This document shows, in pieces, positions 9,242 to 19,633 of a stretch of 64,000 nt of DNA; the first letter of the stretch is position 1, and the number at the start of each line of letters is the position of its first letter. The translations under genes and the position numbers were made by a program. This DNA is from Candidatus Pelethousia sp. (lineage in GTDB: Bacteria > Bacillota > Clostridia > Christensenellales > CAG-138): positions 842-64,841 of the forward strand of contig JAYFPE010000004.1 of assembly GCA_034928145.1 (NCBI GenBank), written 5' to 3'. Under the pieces are notes generated by a model that searched no databases, was not told the origin of the DNA, and worked only from the letters and a program-made list of their open reading frames with translations.

Positions 9242-10117
9242 CTATTTGAATATAGCCGCCGAAAGCGCGGGGCTGACGGCGGAATCTGATTGCAGGGTAA
9301 GCCCGGCCACACGGCAAGCAAGTTCGGCGGTTTTCGTTGCGCTATAGCCCAGAAGGCAGCCGGCGGTGATGGCGGCGGTGGCGCTATCCCCCGCGCCGGT
9401 GGCGTTGCGCACGGCCACATCGGGCGGCAGAACGAAACCCTCTCCTTCTTCGGCGCAGTAGTATACGCCCCGCGCCCCGGCGGAAACGAAGGCCCGCTTT
9501 ACGCCCGCGAGGCATAGGGCGCGTGCGCACGCCGCGGGGTCATCCTCACCGGTGAGGGTTTGGGCCTCCATCAGGTTGGGCTTGATGGCGAAAAGCCTGG
9601 GTAACAGGGGCAGCAGGCGGCGGGCCTTGGCCGCGGAGACCGGATCGGCCACCAGGGGCACGGTTGCCTCCCCGGCTGCCCGCGCCAGCACGGCCGGGGG
9701 CAGGTTGGCATCCAGCAGGATGCAGCCGGCGGCATTCGCGGCGGCTATATCCAGCATATCCGGCGTCATCGCCTCGCACAGGGCCATGTCGTTGATGGCC
9801 ACATGCATATCCCCCCGGCTATCCATAACGCAAAGGTACACGCCGGAGGGCAGAGGCAGGCGCGGCGCATGGCTTAGACCAATGCCCATGGCGCGGCAGG
9901 CATCCTCGAGAAGCCGGGCAAAGCCGTCGTTGCCCAGAGGGGCCAGCAGATCTACCGCAAAGCCCATACGGGCCAGGTTTTCGGCCATGTTGCGGCCCAC
10001 TCCGCCCGGACTCATGCGTACGCTGCCCGGATTGGAATCCCCCAAAAGCAGGCCCGCAGCCGGCGCGCCGGTAATATCCAAGTTCATACCGCCTACGACG
10101 CATACGCTTTTTGCCAT
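9242..10117 (-). CDS. psuK: PfkB-family kinase, probable pseudouridine kinase
   Basis: VVGGMNLDI N-terminus and a GAGD anion-hole motif near the C-terminus. It lies directly upstream of psuG. Start MAKSV is preceded by GGAGGG. Confidence 0.75.
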   Translation of the reverse strand: MAKSVCVVGGMNLDITGAPAAGLLLGDSNPGSVRMSPGGVGRNMAENLARMGFAVDLLAPLGNDGFARLLEDACRAMGIGLSHAPRLPLPSGVYLCVMDSRGDMHVAINDMALCEAMTPDMLDIAAANAAGCILLDANLPPAVLARAAGEATVPLVADPVSAAKARRLLPLLPRLFAIKPNLMEAQTLTGEDDPAACARALCLAGVKRAFVSAGARGVYYCAEEGEGFVLPPDVAVRNATGAGDSATAAITAGCLLGYSATKTAELACRVAGLTLQSDSAVSPALSAAIFK

Positions 10118-10210
10118 AGTCCCTCCGCTACCACGCATATTCTTAGGAGATTATACCATATCCCGCGCCAAAACGGATGGCAAAGCGGTGAATTCTGCTT
10201 GTTCTCCAAG

Positions 10211-10250
10211 CAAAATATAAATAACAGGGAGGCGGTGATACGCCTCCCTG
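10211..10250 (-). terminator. Rho-independent terminator of gap
   Basis: Minus strand CAGGGAGGCG-loop-CGCCTCCCTG followed by TTATTTATATTTT. Confidence 0.7.
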
Positions 10251-10275
10251 CCTATGTGTAAAATTCCGGTTGCCG

Positions 10276-11313
<1,038 letters not shown>

Positions 11314-11462
11314 TTAAACATGTCCGCTAGGTGAAAGGACCTGCTCCCACCTATGATACTTAAACGATTATAGCTTATCTTATTGCATTTTCGGACAAGA
11401 TGCAATAGATTTGCGGGGAAATTCCATTTTCCATTAAAACGGGACTTTGTTATAACATTAAC

Positions 11463-12026
11463 TTATGACATTGCTAGTACAAAGTCGCATTTTTCCGGGA
11501 TGTTGAAGGCCTTGGCGTAGGCGTTCTCCGCAGGCACCCACTCCGCCATGGCGCGCTGAAAGCGGGCCGCGTCGTAGCGCTGTTGCAAACGGCTGCGCTG
11601 GGCGGTGGCCTCCGCCTTCAGGTAAATGGCCAGGTCGTAGTAGGGGCCGAGCGCGGGGTGCAGGCAATAACTGCCCTCAATGATGGAGACGGGCGCAAAG
11701 GGGATGGCCTTGGGCGGCAGAAGCTGGCCGCTCTGGCAATCGAAGCGCCGCACATAGGCGCCCCGGCCCTCGCGCACGGGGCCGATCACCTCGAGGGCAA
11801 AGCGTTCCCTGTCGAAATTGCCGCCCGCCTGGGCCAGGCGCTCGGGCGTGCGCTGGCCGGGTTGGAGAAAGTAATCATCCGCATGGAACACCCGGCCGCC
11901 ATAACGATCCGCCAGGAGACCGGCCAGGGTGGTTTTGCCGGCGCCGCTCTGGCCGTCGATGGCGATCACGGCCCGGCCCTTATCCCGTATGAGCGCATCC
12001 AGGCGCGTACAAAGCTCGTCCCCCAT
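11463..12026 (-). CDS. P-loop kinase, uridine kinase-like family
   Basis: Walker A motif DGQSGAGKTTLA in a nucleoside-kinase-sized protein of 187 aa. Substrate unknown. Confidence 0.55.
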   Translation of the reverse strand: MGDELCTRLDALIRDKGRAVIAIDGQSGAGKTTLAGLLADRYGGRVFHADDYFLQPGQRTPERLAQAGGNFDRERFALEVIGPVREGRGAYVRRFDCQSGQLLPPKAIPFAPVSIIEGSYCLHPALGPYYDLAIYLKAEATAQRSRLQQRYDAARFQRAMAEWVPAENAYAKAFNIPEKCDFVLAMS

Positions 12027-12032
12027 TTCCGT

Positions 12033-13148
12033 TTACACCAGATTTTCCGGATTGAGGGCCAGCAGGTCGGGCGGCACAAAGCGGCCGTCCTTGCGGATGA
12101 GCGCATCGTCGAAGTAGATCTCACCGCCGCCCATCTCGGGCGTCTGGATGCAGACCAGGTCCCAATGGACGGCGGACTTATTGCCGTTGTCACATTCGTC
12201 GTAGCAGCAACCGGGGGTGAAGTGGAAGCTGCCCGCGATCTTTTCATCAAAGAGGGTGTCCTTCATGGGGAAGGTGATGTAAGGGTTTACGCCGAGGGCA
12301 AATTCGCCTACGTAGCGCGCGCCCGCGTCCCTGTCGAACACGGCGTTGATGCGGGCGTTGTCATTGCAGGTCGCCTCCACGATGCGGCCCTCATGGAAGG
12401 TGAGGGCGATGTTTTCGTACGTGAAGCCTTCCATCACGGAAGGGGTGTTGTAGCGGATCGTCCCCTCGATGCTGCCCTTAACGGGGGCTGTAAAGATTTC
12501 TCCGTCGGGGATGTTCATATGCCCGGCGCACTTGATGGCGGGCAGGCCTTTGATGGAAAATTGCAGATCCGTGCCCGGGCCTGTAATGCGCACCCGATCC
12601 GTGCGCTCCATCAGGGCTTTGAGGGCATTCATGGCCTTGTCCATTTTGGAATAATCCAAATTGCAGACCTTGAAGTAATAATCCTCAAAGGCGACTGTGC
12701 TCATGGCCGCCTGCTGGGCCATCCCGGGGGTGGGGTAGCGCAAAACGACCCACTTGGTTTTGGGCACGCGGATCTTACTATGCACGGGCTCGTTGTAATG
12801 GGTTGCCAGGAGGGCCAGCTTCTCGGCGGGTACGTCGCTCAACTCGGAGTTGTTCGCGCCGCCGCGCAGGCCGATGTAAGCCTGCATGGCGTCCATCAGC
12901 TGGCCATCCACCCGGGCGCGCAGCATCTGCTGCTCCTTGGTTGCCCCGAGGGCCAGCTCGCGCGTTACATCCGGCCGGTTGTTCCATACGAAGGGCACGG
13001 CTCCCACGCGATATGCTTCGCGCACCAGGGCGCGCGTTAGCTCCTGCACCTCGCCGGTGGCGTCAATCAGCACCCGTTCTCCGGCCTTGAGGCCGCAGGA
13101 AAAATGGATCAGGTTATGCGCCAGTTGTTCAATTCTAGGGTCTGTCAT
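12033..13148 (-). CDS. M29 family aminopeptidase (AmpS/PepS-like)
   Basis: 371 aa. The N-terminus MTDPRIEQLAHNLIHFSCGLKAGERVLID and the HWDLV metal-site region are typical of aminopeptidase S/T. Confidence 0.8.
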   Translation of the reverse strand: MTDPRIEQLAHNLIHFSCGLKAGERVLIDATGEVQELTRALVREAYRVGAVPFVWNNRPDVTRELALGATKEQQMLRARVDGQLMDAMQAYIGLRGGANNSELSDVPAEKLALLATHYNEPVHSKIRVPKTKWVVLRYPTPGMAQQAAMSTVAFEDYYFKVCNLDYSKMDKAMNALKALMERTDRVRITGPGTDLQFSIKGLPAIKCAGHMNIPDGEIFTAPVKGSIEGTIRYNTPSVMEGFTYENIALTFHEGRIVEATCNDNARINAVFDRDAGARYVGEFALGVNPYITFPMKDTLFDEKIAGSFHFTPGCCYDECDNGNKSAVHWDLVCIQTPEMGGGEIYFDDALIRKDGRFVPPDLLALNPENLV

Positions 13149-13164
13149 ATCGGAAACGTCCTCC

Positions 13165-14121
13165 TCATTCTTGCTTAGTCTTGCCCGTATCTTCCCGCAC
13201 GATGTACAGGGGCCTGCCTCGCACTTCGTCGTAGATGCGGTTGAGATACGCGCCCTGTATACCTTGGGCGATCATCACCACGCCCAGCAGCAGCGCCAGC
13301 GCGCAGAAGGCGGCCACCCAGGCCGGCCCGCTCCAGACGCCCCGGGCGATCAGGCCCAGCACCGAGGTCGCGCAAACGCCAAGGCCCAGGTAACCGATCA
13401 TGGTCAGCGGCCTTGCGGAAAAGCCCAATATGCCCGCCAGGGCCAGGCGCAGCATCTTTTTAAAGGAATACTTGGTGCTGCCCGCTGCCCGCTCATGGCG
13501 CACATAGGGCACGGCCACGGCATTGTAACCCATCCAGGCGCTCATGCCGCGAAGGAAGCGGTCATGCTCGCGCATGCGCAGGAAATCCTGCGCCACGGCC
13601 CGGTCCAGCAGGCGGAAATCCCCCGTATCCAGCGGGATGGGCCAGGCGCTCATGGCCCCAAGCAGCCGGTAATAGCACCAGGCCGTAAAGCGCTTGAAAA
13701 TGGTTTCCCCCTCGCGGCGGGTGCGCTGGCCGTAGGCGATATCCGCCCCCTGCTCCCAGGCCCTGACCAGCTCGGCGATGACGTCCGGCGGATCCTGCAG
13801 ATCGATATCGATGACGACGAGGGCGTCGCCCCGGGCAATGTCCATCCCTGCGGTCACGGCCAGCTGATGGCCGAAATTCCGTGAAAAGCGCAGGCAGCGC
13901 ACCTGCGGGTGCGCCTTGGCCAGGGCCGTGAGGCCTGCCCAAGTGCCATCCCGGCTGCCGTCATCCACATAGATGATCTCATATTCGTACCCATCGAGGG
14001 CCGCCAGGGCCGCGTCCATTTGTGAAAAGGATTCGGCCAGCACGGCTTCCTCGTTGAAAGCGGGCACGATGAGGGAAAGAAGCTTAGCCAATTGGAAGAC
14101 CCTCCCATCTTTTTGTCCCAT
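13165..14121 (-). CDS. Family 2 glycosyltransferase with C-terminal TM helices (GtrB/DPM1-like)
   Basis: IVPAFNEE, YVDDGSRDGT and DIDLQDPP (DxD) motifs plus two C-terminal TM helices. Start set at MGQKDG so it does not overlap the fba promoter region. Confidence 0.75.
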   Translation of the reverse strand: MGQKDGRVFQLAKLLSLIVPAFNEEAVLAESFSQMDAALAALDGYEYEIIYVDDGSRDGTWAGLTALAKAHPQVRCLRFSRNFGHQLAVTAGMDIARGDALVVIDIDLQDPPDVIAELVRAWEQGADIAYGQRTRREGETIFKRFTAWCYYRLLGAMSAWPIPLDTGDFRLLDRAVAQDFLRMREHDRFLRGMSAWMGYNAVAVPYVRHERAAGSTKYSFKKMLRLALAGILGFSARPLTMIGYLGLGVCATSVLGLIARGVWSGPAWVAAFCALALLLGVVMIAQGIQGAYLNRIYDEVRGRPLYIVREDTGKTKQE

Positions 14122-14248
14122 GGCAACATTATACCCGTTTGGCTTATTATCTACAATTCTTAGATCCAAATACCGGAGAATTGGGGTATAATAATCCTGT
14201 ATGAAGATTTTGCCGCCTTTTGGCGGCCGCAATAAAGGAGAGATGATT

Positions 14249-15184
14249 ATGGCACTCGTTACCAGCACGGAAATGTTCAAAAAGGCCTATGCAGGCGGCT
14301 ACGCCATCGGCGCGTTCAACGTAAACAACATGGAAATTATCCAGGGCATCACAGAGGCTGCCAAGGAGAATCAGGCCCCTCTGATTCTTCAGGTATCCAG
14401 CGGCGCGCGCAAGTATGCCAACCACACCTATCTCACCAAGCTGGTGGAGGCGGCCATCATCGAAACGGATCTGCCCATCTGCCTGCACCTCGACCATGGC
14501 GATACCTTTGAGCTTTGCAAGAGCTGCATCGACGGCGGCTTCACCTCCGTGATGATCGACGGCAGCCACCATTCCTACGAGGATAACGTGGCCCTCACCA
14601 AGCAGGTGGTGGCTTATGCTCACGACCACGGCGTGGTGGTGGAAGGCGAGCTGGGCCGCCTGGAAGGCGTAGAGGATGATGTTAAGGTAGCAGCCGGCGA
14701 GGGCAGCTATACGGACCCCGAGCAGGTGCAGGATTTCGTTACGCGCACGGGCGTGGATTCCCTGGCCATCGCTATCGGCACCAGCCACGGCGCCTATAAA
14801 TTCAAGCCCGGCACCAAGCCCCAGCTTCGCTTCGACATCCTCGAAGAAGTTGAAAAGCGCCTGCCCGGTTTCCCCGTTGTGCTCCACGGCGCATCCAGCG
14901 TGATCCCCGAGTTTGTAGAGATGGTCAATGCCTACGGCGGCAGGATGCCGGACGCCATCGGCGTGCCGGAGGACATGCTGCGCAAGGCCGCTTCCATGGC
15001 CGTATGCAAGATCAATATCGACAGCGACCTGCGCTTGGCCATGACCGGCACCATCCGCAAGTATTTTGCCGAGCACCCGGACCACTTCGACCCCAGGCAG
15101 TATCTCAAGCCCGCCCGCGAGGCCATCAAGGCCATGGTGGCGCACAAGATCGTGAACGTCCTGGGTTGCAACGGCAAGGCCTGA
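14249..15184 (+). CDS. fba: Class II fructose-1,6-bisphosphate aldolase
   Basis: YAIGAFNVNNME, LHLDHG, AIGTSHGAYKF and VLHGASS motifs. AAAGGAGAG lies 6 nt upstream. Confidence 0.95.
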   Translation: MALVTSTEMFKKAYAGGYAIGAFNVNNMEIIQGITEAAKENQAPLILQVSSGARKYANHTYLTKLVEAAIIETDLPICLHLDHGDTFELCKSCIDGGFTSVMIDGSHHSYEDNVALTKQVVAYAHDHGVVVEGELGRLEGVEDDVKVAAGEGSYTDPEQVQDFVTRTGVDSLAIAIGTSHGAYKFKPGTKPQLRFDILEEVEKRLPGFPVVLHGASSVIPEFVEMVNAYGGRMPDAIGVPEDMLRKAASMAVCKINIDSDLRLAMTGTIRKYFAEHPDHFDPRQYLKPAREAIKAMVAHKIVNVLGCNGKA

Positions 15185-15195
15185 TAAGGAGCCAT

Positions 15196-15456
15196 ATGGA
15201 AGACTACGCCGATACCATCACCCTCACGGACCAGGACGGCAGCGAAGTCGAATTCGAAGTGCTGGATGTAGTGCCCTATGAGAACCGCGAATACGCCGTG
15301 CTCCTGCCTGCGGACGATGACTCCGACCAGCCCGAGGTGGTGATCTTGGAGCTCTTCGCGGCCCAAGAGGAAGATGCGGAGGATGTGCTCCAGGGCGTGG
15401 AGGATGAAGAGATCCTGGAGGCGGTCTTCAAGCTGTTTTTGCGGCGCAATCCATAA
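15196..15456 (+). CDS. DUF1292 family protein
   Basis: Acidic 86-aa protein carrying the LTDQDGSEVEFEVLD...REYAVLLP signature of DUF1292. Confidence 0.7.
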   Translation: MEDYADTITLTDQDGSEVEFEVLDVVPYENREYAVLLPADDDSDQPEVVILELFAAQEEDAEDVLQGVEDEEILEAVFKLFLRRNP

Positions 15457-15468
15457 AAGCTGAGATCT

Positions 15469-15498
15469 AAAAAAGTGGCGGTTGACCGCCACTTTTTT
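15469..15498. terminator. Bidirectional terminator, member of the conserved AAAAAAGTGGC/GCCACTTTTTT palindrome family
   Basis: AAAAAAGTGGCGGTTGACCGCCACTTTTTT lies between convergent genes. Confidence 0.75.
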
Positions 15499-15505
15499 GT
15501 TGTAC

Positions 15506-16630
15506 TTAGATCTTTTTAATGTAGCAGCGCCTGCGCTTATGCTGCTCCACGTCGAAATCCCGCCATTGGGAGCGGACCTTATCGTTCCATTCCAGCATGG
15601 GCCCGGTTTCGGCGTATTGGATGCCGTTATTTAGGGCACTTTGCAGCAGCTTATCCATCACGATGGCGTTCACGCCCTGGCCTTGGTATTCCGGCCGCAC
15701 GGCGATGAGGAACATATCCAGCGTGTCGTTATGGCCCATGGCCCACAGCACGCGCAGCGCGCCCGTGGGAAAGAGGCGGCCCCGCGTAGTTTGGAAAACC
15801 TTTTCGAGGCTGGGCGCGCATACGCCAAAGGCCGCCATGCGCTCGTTCTCATCCATCACGAAGCAGACGTAATCCATCTTGATCAACGGCAGGAACTTGG
15901 CCACATAGCGCTTGATCTGCGCCTCGTCCAGCTCCACCACGCCGTAAAGCTGGGAATAGGCGACATTCACCAGCTCGAACACCTGCTTTACATAAGGGTA
16001 GACCCCCACGTGCGTGCGCACCTTGGCCACGTGGAGCTTGTGGGCGGAGAGCGCCCACTCGGCGATGCCGTGAATACGGTTAACAATATCCGCATCCTTG
16101 GAAAGGAGCAGGCGGTATTCCACCCAATCCGTATCCTTGCTGTAACCCAGGCGCTGCAGGTGCTCGTTATAATAGGGATGGTTGTAATAGGTGAAGAACA
16201 GGCCGCGCCGGTCGAACCCCTCCACCAGCATGCCCTCGCGATCCAAATCGGTAAATCCCAAGGGGCCGTGGACTTCCTCGCAGCCCTTTTCGCGGGCAAA
16301 ATCCTCCACGGCTTGGAAGAGGGCGGCGGATACCTCCGCATCGTCGATAAAATCCACCTGAGTGAAGCGCATACGGCTGACGCCCCATTTTTCATTGGCG
16401 CGGTGGCTGAGAATGGCGCCGATGCGGCCCACGATCTCGCCGTCCCGAAGGGCGAGGAAGCACTTGGCCTCGCAATAGGAAAAGGCTGGATTTTTAACCG
16501 GATCCCAATCGTCTAAGTCGTCCCCATAGGTGGCTGGCACGAAATAAGGGTTATCGGCATAGAGCTTGTTGGGATAATCCACGAAGCGGCGCAGATCCGC
16601 CCGGGTTTCCACCTGTTTGATGGTGACCAT
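15506..16630 (-). CDS. GNAT-fold N-acetyltransferase family protein (374 aa)
   Basis: The N-terminus MVTIKQVETRADLRRFVDYPNKLYADNPYFVP belongs to a widespread uncharacterised GNAT-like family. The QGQGV acetyl-CoA loop is present. Confidence 0.6.
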   Translation of the reverse strand: MVTIKQVETRADLRRFVDYPNKLYADNPYFVPATYGDDLDDWDPVKNPAFSYCEAKCFLALRDGEIVGRIGAILSHRANEKWGVSRMRFTQVDFIDDAEVSAALFQAVEDFAREKGCEEVHGPLGFTDLDREGMLVEGFDRRGLFFTYYNHPYYNEHLQRLGYSKDTDWVEYRLLLSKDADIVNRIHGIAEWALSAHKLHVAKVRTHVGVYPYVKQVFELVNVAYSQLYGVVELDEAQIKRYVAKFLPLIKMDYVCFVMDENERMAAFGVCAPSLEKVFQTTRGRLFPTGALRVLWAMGHNDTLDMFLIAVRPEYQGQGVNAIVMDKLLQSALNNGIQYAETGPMLEWNDKVRSQWRDFDVEQHKRRRCYIKKI

Positions 16631-16734
16631 GAAAGTCCCCCTTAAAAAAAGAATAAATGCAAAAACAAATCTTATATATTATACCAGCATACTATCCAAA
16701 AAGCAAAATCCGTGTGAACTTTTTTGTAAAATCT

Positions 16735-16771
16735 TAAGAACTTGAAAGCGGGCGGCAACAGCCGCCCGCTT
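16735..16771 (-). terminator. Terminator of hydrogenase gene
   Basis: Minus strand AAGCGGGCGGC-TGTT-GCCGCCCGCTT followed by a T-rich tail. Confidence 0.6.
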
Positions 16772-16793
16772 GGGAAAATACGTTGGTTTGGAG

Positions 16794-18518
16794 TTAGCGC
16801 TCCGTATAGGTGGTGTGCAGCAGCTCGTGGGCTTTGTGGCTGCCGGGCTTTTCAAAATACTCGGCGTAGATCTTTTGAATCGCCGGGTTCTGGTGGCTCT
16901 TGCGAATGGTCATGGCCTCGTCACAGGCATAGGTGGCGGCAGCGCGGGCCGCCCTGGGGTCGACCTCATAGCGCAGGCGGGCATCCACATGGGGCTGGCC
17001 GCCGCCGGTCACGCAGCCGCCCGGGCAGCCCATGACCTCGATGAAGTGATAGGTGCGCTCGCCGTTGCGGATGCTGTTGAGCAGTTTGCCCGCGTTGCCC
17101 GTGCCGTGGGCGATGGCCACCTTCACATCCATGCCGCCAATGTTGACGGTGGCTTCTTTGATACCATCCAAACCGCGCACGGCCGTGTATTCGACCTGCT
17201 TTATATCCTTGCCCTCCAGCACATCCGCCACGGTGCGCAGGGCCGCCTCCATCACGCCGCCGGTCACGCCGAAGATGACGGCCGCGCCGGAGGACTCGCC
17301 CAGGATATCGTCGAACTTTTCATCGGGCAGGTTGACGTAATCGATGGAGGCCTGGCGCAACATGCGCGCAAGCTCGCGGGTGGTGATGTTGGCGTCTACG
17401 TCGCGGTAGCCGTCCCGGCCCATTTCCGGCCGTATGATCTCGAATTTCTTGGCCGTGCAGGGCATCACGGAGACCACGAAGATATCCCTGGGATCCAAGC
17501 CGTTTTTCTCTGCAAAGTAGGTTTTGGTCACCGCGCCCTGCATCTGGTTGGGGCTCTTGCAGCTCGAAAGGTTGGGGATAAAATCCTTGTGGAAATGCTC
17601 GCAATATTTGATCCAGCCCGGGCTGCAGGAGGTGATCATGGGCAGCACGCCGCCATTTTGGATGCGCTCGATCAGCTCGGTGCCCTCCTCCATGATGGTG
17701 AGGTCCGCGGCGAAGTCCACGTCGAATACTTTATCCGCGCCCAGGCGGCGCAGGGCCGCGGCCAATTTGCCCGTGGAGCTGGTGCCGATGGGCATGCCGA
17801 ACTCTTCGCCGATGGCCACGCGCACGGCTGGCGCGGGCTGGAAAACCACATACTTGCTGGGGTCGCTCAGCGCGGCCCAAACGGCGGCTGTGGAATCCTG
17901 CTCGGATAGCGCGCCGGTGGGGCAGGCGGCGATGCACTGGCCGCAGTTGATGCAGTAGGTCTCGCCCAGGAACCTGCCAAAGGGCGTGCCTACTTCCGTA
18001 CGGAAGCCGCGGTTCTGCATGCCGATGGCGTCCACGCCCTGGATGGCATGGCAGGCGGCCACGCAGCGGCGGCAAAGGATGCATTTATTGTTGTCCCGCA
18101 CAACGGAGGGAGAGATCTCATCGATGGTGCGGGGGGATTGCTCACCTTCGAAGGGAAGCTCGGTGATGCCCAGCTCATCGGCCAGGTTTTGCAGCTCGCA
18201 GGAGCGGTTGCGCTTGCAGGTGAGGCAGCTGCGGTCATGGTCGGAGAGGATCAACTCCAGCACGGCCCGGCGGGCGCCCAGCACCTTGGGGGAGTTGGTG
18301 ATGATCTCCATGCCTTCGGCAACGGGCAGCGCGCAGGAAGCCTGAAGCTTGCCGCTCTTGGCATCCTCCACCAGGCACATGCGGCAAGCGCCGATCTGGT
18401 TAATATCCTTGAGGTTGCAGAGGGTGGGGATTTTGACGCCGGCCAGGATGGCAGCCTCCAATACGGTGCTGTCCTCTTTTACCTGAAGCTCCCGGCCATC
18501 GATCTTGAGTGTTACCAT
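16794..18518 (-). CDS. hydA: Monomeric CpI-type (M3) [FeFe] hydrogenase
   Basis: 574 aa. It has an N-terminal 2Fe-2S domain, two ferredoxin-like CxxCxxCxxxCP motifs, and the H-cluster motifs TSCSPGW (variant), MPCTAKKFE and EVMGCPGGCVTGGGQP. It is collinear with C. pasteurianum CpI as I recall it. Confidence 0.9.
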   Translation of the reverse strand: MVTLKIDGRELQVKEDSTVLEAAILAGVKIPTLCNLKDINQIGACRMCLVEDAKSGKLQASCALPVAEGMEIITNSPKVLGARRAVLELILSDHDRSCLTCKRNRSCELQNLADELGITELPFEGEQSPRTIDEISPSVVRDNNKCILCRRCVAACHAIQGVDAIGMQNRGFRTEVGTPFGRFLGETYCINCGQCIAACPTGALSEQDSTAAVWAALSDPSKYVVFQPAPAVRVAIGEEFGMPIGTSSTGKLAAALRRLGADKVFDVDFAADLTIMEEGTELIERIQNGGVLPMITSCSPGWIKYCEHFHKDFIPNLSSCKSPNQMQGAVTKTYFAEKNGLDPRDIFVVSVMPCTAKKFEIIRPEMGRDGYRDVDANITTRELARMLRQASIDYVNLPDEKFDDILGESSGAAVIFGVTGGVMEAALRTVADVLEGKDIKQVEYTAVRGLDGIKEATVNIGGMDVKVAIAHGTGNAGKLLNSIRNGERTYHFIEVMGCPGGCVTGGGQPHVDARLRYEVDPRAARAAATYACDEAMTIRKSHQNPAIQKIYAEYFEKPGSHKAHELLHTTYTER

Positions 18519-18713
18519 GATTCAAAATCCTTTCTTGGTTTATGGGTTCCGGCGCAAAGCGCCGGTCGGCTGCTGGAATACGATATAGAAATGTATATAC
18601 CTATACACGTTAAAAGATTATCACACCAAACGGTCTTTGTCAAACGAAACCAAGCGGCGGGGCGGTCCTTTTTCTGTTCGCCGGGGTAGGGATACAGCCG
18701 CCATTTAGAGCAG

Positions 18714-18743
18714 AAAAGGGCTCCGGTTTTGCCGGAGCCCTTT
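18714..18743. terminator. Orphan bidirectional hairpin/terminator in a gene-free region
   Basis: AAAA-GGGCTCCGG-TTTTG-CCGGAGCCC-TTT. No annotated gene runs into it on either strand. Confidence 0.45.
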
Positions 18744-19003
18744 GATTGTGTTGTGTGCTTGAAAGGGAATCACGCACCACACTCTCGCTTGCATATTCAG
18801 TATACCCCAAGCGGCTGCGCATTACATCACAAAACTATTACAAAAGCTCAAAATTTCGATTATTTTTTAATGATTTTTCTATGAAAGTCTGTTAAAACGC
18901 CTTGCGAAGCGGTGAATGCGCCTTTACGGGGCTGCGCAAGGGTGGAAATTCCCGCGCGCCTGCGGTACAATAGCGCCAAGCGGAAAGAATAAGGGGGCGT
19001 TAT

Positions 19004-19501
19004 ATGCGGATCAGGCTGATGCATGCGTGGGACGACCGGCTGGCGATCAGCCGTGTTTATGAGGAAAGCTGGAAAAGCGCTTACCAAGGCATCGTGCCGC
19101 AGGCATACCTGGATGCGATACCCGAGGGCCGCTGGGCAGGGACGCTCGATGACCCCGACTGGCATACGCTGGTTATGCTGGAGGGCGAAAGGATCATCGG
19201 CACCTCGGCCTATTGCGCCTCAAGATTTAAAGATATGCCTGGTTATGGCGAGATCGTCTCCATCTACCTTTTGCCCGAATACGTCGGCAGGGGTTACGGC
19301 CGGCCTTTGCTCAAGGCCGGTATGGACGGCCTGCGGCATTTGGGCTATGCGGATATTTTCCTCTGGGTGCTGGAGGAGAACGCCCGGGCGCGGCGCTTTT
19401 ATGAGCGCTGCGGCTTTGCCGCAGATGGCGGACGGCTATGTGTCGATCTTGGCGGCGCGCAACTGCAAGAGGTTCGCTACACCCGCCGTTTAGAGCCGTG
19501 A
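19004..19501 (+). CDS. GNAT family N-acetyltransferase
   Basis: 165 aa with an acetyl-CoA binding motif (VGRGYGRPLL) and a C-terminal RRFYERCGF motif. Confidence 0.75.
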   Translation: MRIRLMHAWDDRLAISRVYEESWKSAYQGIVPQAYLDAIPEGRWAGTLDDPDWHTLVMLEGERIIGTSAYCASRFKDMPGYGEIVSIYLLPEYVGRGYGRPLLKAGMDGLRHLGYADIFLWVLEENARARRFYERCGFAADGGRLCVDLGGAQLQEVRYTRRLEP

Positions 19502-19633
19502 TCGCGGGGCGGGCAATGTTTTAAAAAAAGAGCGTATTTTATGGATATCAGCGTGGCGGTCGAAAAGATCGCCGGTTTCTACGAGGGCAATCTGAACGAT
19601 ATTAACCACATCCTAGGCAAAGGGTAAAACGGT

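Noticed and set aside
19541-19627. 28-aa ORF (MDISVAVEKIAGFYEGNLNDINHILGKG) in the same frame as the alpha/beta hydrolase gene and separated from it by a TAA codon. It could be a disrupted N-terminal extension or a read-through.
   Set aside because: It has no RBS. The hydrolase N-terminus is complete as it stands (LFVHGKGG about 25 residues in). Sharing a frame has a one-in-three chance of happening by accident.
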